Of a stretch of 64,000 nucleotides of DNA, positions 47,001 to 55,425 are shown piece after piece. The DNA lies in the IMG/VR virus record IMGVR_UViG_3300016476_001378, one strand, 5' to 3'. The translations under genes were made by a program, and so were the position numbers. The stretch comes from a virus. Taxonomy: Duplodnaviria; Caudoviricetes. Positions within the stretch are counted from its first letter, which is position 1; each line of letters begins with the position of its first letter. Below the pieces are notes generated by a model. The model was not told the DNA's origin. It did not search any database and saw nothing but the letters and a program-made list of their open reading frames with translations.

Positions 47001-50000
47001 TAATTTTAACAACATCAGCAGGTGCCAAATTTGCCAAGAAAATAATCTGTCCCGTTGTTGGATAAACTGTGTATGGCTTTGTGGTTGCCACTTCATTCAC
47101 ATAAACAAAAACCTGGGCATCTGAATCCCAAGGATCTGTATAGAATGCAGTGAAATCATTTTCGTAAAGAAAACTTTTGCCAATTTCTGCAGCAGATGAA
47201 AATTTTACAAGCTGAAAAGCTTCATTTATAGAATAATCTGCACTATCTACAAGGCCCTCTAAGGTAGTGCCATCTGAAGAAATTGCCAATAATGATTCAG
47301 AATAAATATTAGGTGGATTTACAGCTAAGAACTTTGTAGATAATCTTTTCCAAGTTATGTTTGTAACTTTTCTATCATCTTCTAAAACTTCAACTATTGT
47401 ATTTGCTATAGAGAATACTGAAGTTCTAGTTGGAGAACTAATGATATCAATAGAGTAAATGTCAACACCATTTATGGTTGAAACATTGACATCAATTCCC
47501 AATTCTACAGAGTCTGTCGTTGATGTTAAAACAACCTTAGTATAGCCAAATAATTTGCTGGGTTCTGTGACTATAAGAATAGTATCTGTTGTATTTAATT
47601 GTGCGCCCAGGGCTAATGTCAGCAAATTGTCGGGGTTTGCAGTGTAATACAAACCCTCTTTGGTTGCAGCATAAAGATATGAAGAGTTAGAAGTGTTGAA
47701 GAAAGCCGATTTAATCTCTGCTTGGTCTTCGCTCCAATTGCCTTTATAAACGTAAGGATAATCCCACGCATAATCTTGTCCAACAATTTTCCTATCCGTT
47801 ATCAGCCATGTATTTGCTGTGCTGGTAACAACATATTTATTAGTGCCAACGCGCTCTAAAGCGTCTACGAATGGATAATCCGAAGTTGGCAAAACAATAG
47901 GATTGATTAAAATTTCTGTGAAATTTATTAAATCTACACCAAGGTTGATGGATGAATTTTGTGGATCGCTCTGCTCTGTGTAAAATAAAGCCCAAACACT
48001 TCTTGCCCAGTTAGTTCCTGCAGTAATTTGAACCCAAGTAGAAGTCGTAAGAGTGTCTGAAGATCTTGCCCAAACACCATTAGAGCCTGTACCAGCGCTA
48101 GTTACAGAATAAATTCCATTTTGTTTTTGGTCTGTTTGTCCCTTGACTAAAATTTTATTACCGTTACTAAGAGTTATTCCATCTACAATTAATGGGGCCG
48201 CATTTAAATTTATATTGCTTGTGGTAATAGTCAGACAGCTAATTTTATTAGCCAAAGAAAATCTAGTAGTGCTATAATCTGATAATGGGTGTAACCATTC
48301 AGATGTGTATGAATTAGTTCCTCTAGTTTCAATTCTACGAGCTGTGTGGGAAATGTTTACTTTGGTATCTGTAAACCACAATAAATCATTCGTTGAGGTT
48401 CCCCTTATCCAAAGGAATCCCTTTGGAATCTCTGTGGACACAAGCCTGGTTGAAACATAAGCACCGCTGTCAGAAGCTACTGAGAATCCTTTATCAGAAC
48501 CAATGTAAATGGTTCTGTCGTACGAATATGTTGTGCTTCCTTCAACTGTGTTTACTCGCTGGGTAACAACCTCTGCGAGTGCATAAATTTTCTTATCACC
48601 TGACACATTGGACCAAGCATCTGACCAAGCCCAATCTGCATCTGATTGATTTTCTTGTATGATTGCTGTAAATAATCCGACATTGGTTCCAAGGTACAAA
48701 AGTGTGTACCATTTATACTTTATTAATCCATTTTCTTCATAAGACTCTATCTGAGTGCTTGCCAAAAACGCAGTGGCAACAACAGAAGAACTAGTTGCGC
48801 CTATAACTGGCATTTTTAATTTTTGCCATGTAACACCCTTATCATAAGACTTATAAACTCTGCCCTGATTTGTTAAAACATAAATGGTTTCAAATCTATT
48901 GGAAGATACATTAACTTCACTAGCTCTCATGATATCATCTACCACAGAGATGATTTCACCATTGTCAGGGTTCCAAGAAGAATCAAAGTTTACATTTGTA
49001 AGAGCTGTGCCTTGCATCAGCCCTCTTTTTGTGCCAAAATAAAATGTTCCAGCTTTATTAACAGATGTTGAAATTCTCAAAATTTCAGTGTTGTATTGTA
49101 AATCTTGTGTTGTATCTTCTGGATAAAATTTTTGGTGGTCGCCTGCTGAAAAAAGTTTTTTAGTCGGTCTTAAAAGAGCACTTTCAAAATATCTAACCTG
49201 ACCAACGTGATCCATGGGTGAAATTCTTCTAGGATCTAATTGATTTTTAGTAAATAATGAACCATTGATGTTTTTTAATCTTGTTCCTGGTAACAAGCCA
49301 GTAATTTCTCTGCCAACTTTTTCAAGTACTACATACAGATTTAATGTTGGATCTGTCAAAATTGGATCGAAAGCGATTGTGCCTTGTCCTGGCACTAAGG
49401 TATACAAATCAGAAGAGACAACTACATCATTTAAATAAACAGTAGGCTCTAAATATTCTCCAGAATCCCAAGTTTGTGTTAAAAAGATTAAATTGTCTGT
49501 TACAGTTGAGCCTTGCTTTATTGTTAATTTAATTTGTGGTGATAATGGCAAAATAATTTGAATGACAGAATCAACAGTTAATGAATTTTTTAAATAAATG
49601 CGGCCTGTGGCAGGGTCTAAAGTGTATGCACTTGCAGGAAGTAAAGTATTGTTTAATCTAACTTCTGGGAAGCCATAGTTTGCCGCCACCCAACTCGACA
49701 CTCTGCTGTCATTTTCGTCATAGGTTAAGAAGATGGTGGATCCAATGGGGCCCTTTGCAAAAAGCGTTCTTGTTGTTGAAAGATTGATCTTGCTTGGATG
49801 GTCTGCACCACCCAGGTGGACATGCTTGTAAAATCCACGTCTAAGAGCAGCTTCAAATGCGCCCTCTAGATTTTGCAAAGCATTTCTGCGATCATCGTAC
49901 TCTACATAATCAACATAGACATTGAATAGTCCACCAGTTTTTGTATTAACCTGCACATTGGCAAGATAAGTTGCTAGATGATAACTATCATAATTATAAT

Positions 50001-50859
50001 CTGGATCAGATGGACTGACTATTAAAGCCTTGCCTTCTGTTGCCAAACATGGACTACTAGAAGCCCAAACATAATAAACGTTTGATGCGTAGTATCTAAA
50101 GTAAACAGTTTCTTCTGTGTAAGCCTTGTAAAGACCAACTATTCCTTCACCAGGGGTAACTCGCACACATTGCTCAAAAGCATTTTGGAAATTTATAGCA
50201 GTTGAGCCAAGAGTAAAAGAAGGGTTGATATCTAATGTCCAAATAGTCTTGCCATTAGTGTCGCCAGACAATGACCAATAACAATAAAAAGCGGCCTTAG
50301 ACGCTAAAAATTCACTCCCTGAATTTAAACTGGAGTGTCGAGTCAAGACCCAATTCTGGCTTTCAGATCCTTGATTTGTTACTGTATAGATACCGTTTTG
50401 TTGTGGTGTGCTTTGGTTTTTTACAATGACATTGTTGCCATTTGAAAGTGTAACACCATCAATTGCAAGTCTGGCTTGTGTGCTATTGTTGGTAAGGGTA
50501 CCTAAGCCATTATCGTAATTAGCAGAAAGGCTGCCAACAGTAGCAGCGGAGCAGCTTATAATAGGCTGCATGTTCATAGCTATAATTCTGCGACCCAAAT
50601 AAGAATCCAAGCTACTAATAGCCCCATCGAATAAAGCTATCTGTTCATTCCTAATGGCTGTATTTAATGATTCAGAATAGCTGGGATCAGATACCATTTT
50701 AGTAACATCCCAGCCTGTTCGAACACCGACACCAATAAATCCATAAAGGCCCCCAAATTGATTATCGCTGGTGACCATGTTTTTCTCATCGTTGTAAGGG
50801 TAAACGATGTCGCCCCTCTCATGAGTATAAAATTGATAAATTGGTGTTATTTTTGCCAT
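44020..50859 (-). CDS. Giant tail/baseplate protein (2279 aa) with Asp-box beta-propellers and fibre modules
   Basis: Asp-boxes SYDKGVTW, SFDDARTF and SNDEGDSW; many 'GT..GL' blades; two fibre modules. Confidence 0.75.
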   Translation of the reverse strand: MAKITPIYQFYTHERGDIVYPYNDEKNMVTSDNQFGGLYGFIGVGVRTGWDVTKMVSDPSYSESLNTAIRNEQIALFDGAISSLDSYLGRRIIAMNMQPIISCSAATVGSLSANYDNGLGTLTNNSTQARLAIDGVTLSNGNNVIVKNQSTPQQNGIYTVTNQGSESQNWVLTRHSSLNSGSEFLASKAAFYCYWSLSGDTNGKTIWTLDINPSFTLGSTAINFQNAFEQCVRVTPGEGIVGLYKAYTEETVYFRYYASNVYYVWASSSPCLATEGKALIVSPSDPDYNYDSYHLATYLANVQVNTKTGGLFNVYVDYVEYDDRRNALQNLEGAFEAALRRGFYKHVHLGGADHPSKINLSTTRTLFAKGPIGSTIFLTYDENDSRVSSWVAANYGFPEVRLNNTLLPASAYTLDPATGRIYLKNSLTVDSVIQIILPLSPQIKLTIKQGSTVTDNLIFLTQTWDSGEYLEPTVYLNDVVVSSDLYTLVPGQGTIAFDPILTDPTLNLYVVLEKVGREITGLLPGTRLKNINGSLFTKNQLDPRRISPMDHVGQVRYFESALLRPTKKLFSAGDHQKFYPEDTTQDLQYNTEILRISTSVNKAGTFYFGTKRGLMQGTALTNVNFDSSWNPDNGEIISVVDDIMRASEVNVSSNRFETIYVLTNQGRVYKSYDKGVTWQKLKMPVIGATSSSVVATAFLASTQIESYEENGLIKYKWYTLLYLGTNVGLFTAIIQENQSDADWAWSDAWSNVSGDKKIYALAEVVTQRVNTVEGSTTYSYDRTIYIGSDKGFSVASDSGAYVSTRLVSTEIPKGFLWIRGTSTNDLLWFTDTKVNISHTARRIETRGTNSYTSEWLHPLSDYSTTRFSLANKISCLTITTSNINLNAAPLIVDGITLSNGNKILVKGQTDQKQNGIYSVTSAGTGSNGVWARSSDTLTTSTWVQITAGTNWARSVWALFYTEQSDPQNSSINLGVDLINFTEILINPIVLPTSDYPFVDALERVGTNKYVVTSTANTWLITDRKIVGQDYAWDYPYVYKGNWSEDQAEIKSAFFNTSNSSYLYAATKEGLYYTANPDNLLTLALGAQLNTTDTILIVTEPSKLFGYTKVVLTSTTDSVELGIDVNVSTINGVDIYSIDIISSPTRTSVFSIANTIVEVLEDDRKVTNITWKRLSTKFLAVNPPNIYSESLLAISSDGTTLEGLVDSADYSINEAFQLVKFSSAAEIGKSFLYENDFTAFYTDPWDSDAQVFVYVNEVATTKPYTVYPTTGQIIFLANLAPADVVKITIIKLNKYIKNTGVTPHAEQPNSLVRGALLTKLASDLISAAPSNTQIFVSEPNSIPLNTTLLDLVWTAGAVYERTPVKVSVNSKTGIREIFLLSTRPSTSLTLPATNTEVYAVAAGSVPGIEDQITLAQANQYYHFNSVAGANLSQLSLAAMSAKDLSDNLIFPKLFTNFFSEPVPVYAEFAKRGPVNSLFYDFSTTPPDVRGSSSSYYVGLVPSETNSAAPPRSFYYIYNPSYSGDNLRIGTDKGIWIYSSSAGLWKKETALNNAGKVYFIKPQDGSSSLMAGTDIGLFEQQDDLSWSLNATFPQAIFDHATGAWGTNYTFIAYGKNDGLSFVRQKSDGSFISDHFDAVDEKNVYGLYKNKFYRLVDDGQGGQKQTLVDVLFLCTNNGLYGVCDGARSSDYSSLLSGREMFGANPNLVTVNLPDGGTKQVSVKYYKVFNSPKPTKNNQPPVPIIILSSNGVFTVINWRWCDPNDASSGDFVVANHNLEGLSCTCYATASELIGEDKFIYKIFVGTDKGVYRSFDDARTFERCERINGQDLAIHDIKSLGGDCLLVATDQGLWYSNDEGDSWYKTNELPDEGDPCVSFRSSIDSGEYFTNGYLAQTFKPKSSTLNKVSLYLGRDDVDPTDPSLDNVLTVGIYNTVLSGGEYLPNLSSPLTINNLSTNTLIWGPDYRNNSGSATKNLTDNYLNDKKTYEESTNTLIGDPLAYAGITAIYNLTSSKNVNQMTAQVYYTQNPTFIFEYSDNGTDWTLVHEFIAPIHGGAGKWEDVTWKLFDAPLDLPANVTLNGIGTIDGLGSYSYKITAVSYLGETTAATVSRSGLNSTLDVSNYNIIQWSAVAGAISYNIYGRVGGSEVYLGNSATTVYLDKGVGPAGGAASPPSINTSANLASHQYWRIALKDSVDTNLDTPPTRIARIGDFRVYNNSIQYTLPEKLIASEIEYPGFKSFIINVTGLTTTTTYALVARELDSSENPITGPSPTNIIKWFKSNL

Positions 50860-50861
50860 TT

Positions 50862-51527
50862 TTAGTAAATCTTAATGAAGCCCTGTATTACTTTAAAGGG
50901 TCTGTCTCTTCTTGCAACAGCCCCGCCATTTGTGTTATCTGTATCTGAAGTATTAAATTCAACTGTTTTAACACTATCCGAATCTATAGAATCAACAATA
51001 CCCACATGGTCTGGCAAAGAATCAGAATCGAATTGGAACAAAACGATGTATCCTGGTTTTACCAATGCTCTGTTTTTTGCATTATTGACCAAATATCTAC
51101 CTTGGTTTATAGCTACATCTCTCATTTGGTAACATGATGGACTTGGTAAAAAGAATCTGTTTTTTATAGTTAATAAAACAGTTCTAAAAACCCTTAGTGC
51201 ATTATTTGCATTGTATTTTATGCCTGATAAATTACAAAAAGCCTTGGCTGCTGCAAAGCTTAGGCCAGCCGCACAATATGGCATCCACTTATTGCCGTCT
51301 TTTACTCCCAGATTAAATAAGGCTAAAAATCTGCCAACTTGATCAATGTTGTTAGCGCGGTCAATGCCAACATATTCTTTTGCTGTGTTTAACAACGCCA
51401 TTGCAAATGTCTTATTATCGAAGGCCGCCAAAGCAGACAAATCGACTTCAAACTCTTCACTTTTAACGAGTTCTTCTAAATTAATTTCTGGAATATCTCT
51501 GTCTAAAACTTCATCATCTCGTAACAT
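50862..51527 (-). CDS. CHAP-domain peptidoglycan hydrolase
   Basis: 'PYCAAG' (Cys), 'PGYIVLF', 'DHVGIV' (His), 'VEFNT'; AAGGAGG RBS. Confidence 0.85.
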   Translation of the reverse strand: MLRDDEVLDRDIPEINLEELVKSEEFEVDLSALAAFDNKTFAMALLNTAKEYVGIDRANNIDQVGRFLALFNLGVKDGNKWMPYCAAGLSFAAAKAFCNLSGIKYNANNALRVFRTVLLTIKNRFFLPSPSCYQMRDVAINQGRYLVNNAKNRALVKPGYIVLFQFDSDSLPDHVGIVDSIDSDSVKTVEFNTSDTDNTNGGAVARRDRPFKVIQGFIKIY

Positions 51528-51548
51528 GGTTAAACCTCCTTGACAATA

Positions 51549-54500
51549 CTAAGGAACATCTGGATTCATCCAGTATAGATCTTTATCGCCCGTTTCTAAT
51601 TGTACTGCAAATTCGTCAACAATGGCGGCTGAGTTAGGGTCAAGCGAATCGCCTGCAGACACCAATTGTATGGCAAATCTGATGTATCTAGATGGAGTCG
51701 GTAAAGTAAACACAGTATTAGGCGTGATGTCAGTGTATTTGGCAACTTCGAATGCGTTAGCAGGATCTGCGTCTGCCAAATATTTAAATTGAATGTTGCC
51801 ACCATTGGCTGTTCCATTGAATGTAACGAGGCCTCTTTTAATTGTTGGATAAGGCAGCGCTGGATCTTCTGTGCTAGTATCAAACTGTCTTGTAAAGAAG
51901 TATGTATCTCTAGCTGAGAAATAGCTTAATGCAACATAGTTAACCTTTGGAGAAACACTTGATGTTGCGGTTGTCATTACAACTTTAAACTGTAGCCATT
52001 TGCCAGTATAGGAATGAATGTTGTATTGAGTTGTGATAATCCCCAAAGCAGATGTTGTATTGATCGTTGAATAGGTGAATGGATTTCCCCAATCTGCAGT
52101 TAAACAATCATCTCTGTTGCTTGCGGTTCTTACATAAACATCAATTTTGAGGCCAGATTCCAATCCTGCAGGTGCAGATGGTGTAGAAACAAACTGCGAC
52201 TGTATTGACAATTCATTCCATCTGTTAAGTGAAGGCGCATAGAATGGCTCTGATTCATAGAAGCCTGTTTGTCTTGTTGTTCTACTTGGCGCATAAAGGG
52301 CGGATGTTGCTGATGGCGTCTGATAAACACTAACTTGTGTCAGGCCCTGACTTGCAGGAGTCATCAAGGTGATGAAAATTGTTATGTTAACACCCTGGAT
52401 TGTTGCAAATGTTACAGTCCCATTATTGTTATTTGTATATTCGCTAGAATTAACTAAAATCTTAGCACCGCCCGAAGTAGATCTGTAAACTTCTATTGCA
52501 TCGGAAGAAGACCATTTTTGCACTGAGGTGTAGGTGTAGTTATCCGATGTGGTTGTAGGCAAATAGTAATAAGTTGTTGGAACCTTAATCTGGAAAATTT
52601 GACCAGCAGCAGGTTGGGTTCCTGATGTATTAGTTGTGTCCTTGGGCGCTGGTAAGCCAAAAATAATGTTATCTATTAAAGATGTTGTTGATTTATTTCC
52701 TGCCAAATCTCGTAATTGAACATAAACATTACGCTCTGCTGTTTGGAATAAAGTTAAATCTAATAAATAAATTTTACCATCAGTTGCTATACCATAAACA
52801 TTATTATTTAAATACGCCAATCCATTTATTGTATTTGGTGATGGTTGATAAACTTCATAATATGAGCCCAGATCTCTGGCGTAAACTAGTACACCTTCAA
52901 CATTTTTGTTAGTGATAATCCAAAAGAATGTTCCATCAGAACTGTCAACAAAATCTAAAAATTTGAATCCTGACCCGCCAGTTGATAACTGCTTGACCCT
53001 AGAGGTAGACCTAACAGTGCCATCTGTATTAAATTTAAATGAATAGATTGTTCCATCTGAGGCACCTGCCCAAACTTCGCCAAAGATTGTGTTAAATTGA
53101 ATAATCTCTACTCTATCCTGGCCGGTGTTGTATGCTTGTGTAAAGGTATTGCCATCAGTTAAATAAATGAGGCCCTTTTGTGAAGAAACCACATCTGACC
53201 CAAGTCCCATGAATAGGTAATTTGAACTAGAGCCCATCGACAATACTTGAGAATCTGCAAATGTACGCTTTAATCTCAAAGATACCCCATTGTAAGAATA
53301 AACATGGCCAAGGTTGTCTGCGTCTAATCCTGTTCCAATCCATAACCTGCCAGAAAACACACCTAATGTTTTTACTGGTGGTAAATTTGACAAAACAGAA
53401 GGCGTTGTAAAGCTAATACCAGTTGTAGATTGAATTACATTACCACTCTCAAGGGCTACATACAATTTGTTATCGTAGATAGCAAAATCATTAATTATTG
53501 TAGAAGAGGCATCATGAACTAAAGTTGCCAAGCCAGCTGAACTAACAGAATAAATTTTATTATCAGAAACAGCCATCAAAGAGTCGGCAAAATAAAATAA
53601 TTTAGTTCCTGCTTCCAATGTATTTAAATCTACAAATTCACTCCAAATCTTACTTTGATTGACAATATCCCAATCGAATGAAGAAACACCATCATTAAAG
53701 GCTATCCAGCCCTCGTCGGATGGGTCTAATAAATTTTCCACAGGAAAATTTGCTTCTGCAAATTCCTTGGCATCTCTAAAGTCAGAAAAGTGCGAAACTC
53801 GTACAGCATCTACATTAGAAACTGTGTCACGGGCCGCTATTGTTGTTAAACCTGAATTATTTTGATAATAATAATCGCCTCTGTATCTAATTCTTACAGC
53901 ATACAAAGAAAGTGCTGCAAGGAAAGCATAGCGATAATATTCTAACGTGACATTGCTTGCATACATGTATACAAGTTGAGTCCATGAACTTGTGGGAGTC
54001 TCTTTGACTTCAATTACATAGTTTTTAGGATTAGATGCTGTAATGCCAAATTCTATTGATTTTACAGTTGGATAAACCCCAGAAGAATTTGGAGTTAAAT
54101 AATTTACCAAATAATAATTATAGCCATCACCTATTGTTTCTGTTTGCTCTGGATAAACAGAACCTCCTAAACTTCTTGCAGCTCTTACTGTGTTCTCTTG
54201 AATGTCTAGAACAAAATACTTACCAGCTATAATATTTGCGCTTGTTTCAGTATTTCCATTTGTGGAATAGCACCCAAAGTAATGGACTTGCATGCCATCA
54301 AAAGTTTGTGTTTCGCCTTGGTGCAAAACTACATCGCCCACAGGAGGAACGATGTCATAAATAACAGGAGGGGACATAAATCCCACTCTTCTTTCAAGAA
54401 TTTGTCCATTGGGGATGGTGCCAGAGTAACCGTTTACAGCCCAATCAATAGGATCAAAGAATCCCAGTGGATATTTAACACCAGACACATCTACAATTTC

Positions 54501-55379
54501 ATCTGCGAAAGAAGCAAGTGCGTCGGGGGTGGATAATTTATTATTGGTTACAAAGTTTGTTAATCCAGGAAAATAAGAAAGCTTAACAGTAACATCGTGA
54601 GAAATAGGGGCCCCTAATTGAATAATATAATTGGAGCCAACACCAGAATCTAATTTTGTATAGATTAGTCCCGTAGAACCCATTGTGATAGAGCCTGTAG
54701 TTGTCAATCCCCAGGGGCCCTGATTTACCAATGTGCCTGATGTGCAGTAGGTAAACATGGAAGCAATTTCTGCTGCGGTGTCAGCATCTGTAGCTCTTTT
54801 CAAAACCCAAGGAGTACTGCCATCACCAACAGTCATTACATAATAGATGCCGTTTTGTTGTGGATCCACATCTTGATTTTTAACAAGGACACGGTTGTTT
54901 AAGGCCAAGCTTACACCATCTATAACAATTGCACCATTAGTTGTACTTGTCAATGTAGCATTTACGCCAGATGTACCATTGCTATAAGTTGCAGACAGAG
55001 TTGCAGTTGTAACAACTCTTACATCAGCTTTGTAATTAGTGTAATCACGTTGAATTTTGATAATTGGAACAGGTATGCCGTCATACTCTACTAAAAAAGT
55101 AGAAGGATCTACGGCTGGCAAAATTGGCAATGGAGATACACTATCAAAATAAACTGTAATAGATAGTCCATCTTCTGATGCTACAGCTCTGTTAAAAACA
55201 GGAGCTGTGTCTGCTAGAGCCACAAAGTTTACATCGCCGCTGCCTTCTGAAAGAAGACTTGCAGTTGAATTCCCTTGTTCTTCGAATGAATTTTGATTAT
55301 TTTCGAGGGAGTTCTGATTTGAATTTTGTTTTTCTACGTTATTTTTGCTATTTTTATTATTGTTTTTATTCCAACTCAT
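51549..55379 (-). CDS. Large virion protein: SwmB-like domain, fibre module and beta-propeller
   Basis: 'DTAP…A…DG..ITVYF…F.V..DG…V.LSY', propeller blades and shared modules. Confidence 0.7.
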   Translation of the reverse strand: MSWNKNNNKNSKNNVEKQNSNQNSLENNQNSFEEQGNSTASLLSEGSGDVNFVALADTAPVFNRAVASEDGLSITVYFDSVSPLPILPAVDPSTFLVEYDGIPVPIIKIQRDYTNYKADVRVVTTATLSATYSNGTSGVNATLTSTTNGAIVIDGVSLALNNRVLVKNQDVDPQQNGIYYVMTVGDGSTPWVLKRATDADTAAEIASMFTYCTSGTLVNQGPWGLTTTGSITMGSTGLIYTKLDSGVGSNYIIQLGAPISHDVTVKLSYFPGLTNFVTNNKLSTPDALASFADEIVDVSGVKYPLGFFDPIDWAVNGYSGTIPNGQILERRVGFMSPPVIYDIVPPVGDVVLHQGETQTFDGMQVHYFGCYSTNGNTETSANIIAGKYFVLDIQENTVRAARSLGGSVYPEQTETIGDGYNYYLVNYLTPNSSGVYPTVKSIEFGITASNPKNYVIEVKETPTSSWTQLVYMYASNVTLEYYRYAFLAALSLYAVRIRYRGDYYYQNNSGLTTIAARDTVSNVDAVRVSHFSDFRDAKEFAEANFPVENLLDPSDEGWIAFNDGVSSFDWDIVNQSKIWSEFVDLNTLEAGTKLFYFADSLMAVSDNKIYSVSSAGLATLVHDASSTIINDFAIYDNKLYVALESGNVIQSTTGISFTTPSVLSNLPPVKTLGVFSGRLWIGTGLDADNLGHVYSYNGVSLRLKRTFADSQVLSMGSSSNYLFMGLGSDVVSSQKGLIYLTDGNTFTQAYNTGQDRVEIIQFNTIFGEVWAGASDGTIYSFKFNTDGTVRSTSRVKQLSTGGSGFKFLDFVDSSDGTFFWIITNKNVEGVLVYARDLGSYYEVYQPSPNTINGLAYLNNNVYGIATDGKIYLLDLTLFQTAERNVYVQLRDLAGNKSTTSLIDNIIFGLPAPKDTTNTSGTQPAAGQIFQIKVPTTYYYLPTTTSDNYTYTSVQKWSSSDAIEVYRSTSGGAKILVNSSEYTNNNNGTVTFATIQGVNITIFITLMTPASQGLTQVSVYQTPSATSALYAPSRTTRQTGFYESEPFYAPSLNRWNELSIQSQFVSTPSAPAGLESGLKIDVYVRTASNRDDCLTADWGNPFTYSTINTTSALGIITTQYNIHSYTGKWLQFKVVMTTATSSVSPKVNYVALSYFSARDTYFFTRQFDTSTEDPALPYPTIKRGLVTFNGTANGGNIQFKYLADADPANAFEVAKYTDITPNTVFTLPTPSRYIRFAIQLVSAGDSLDPNSAAIVDEFAVQLETGDKDLYWMNPDVP

Positions 55380-55389
55380 CGTAATAATA

Positions 55390-55417
55390 ATTTTACAGCT
55401 TAAAGGCTTAAAACCCT
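55390..55417 (-). promoter_or_regulatory. Putative late promoter AGG-N19-TAAAAT
   Basis: Recurring motif, 10 nt before the ATG. Confidence 0.55.
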
Positions 55418-55425
55418 ATTGCAAC

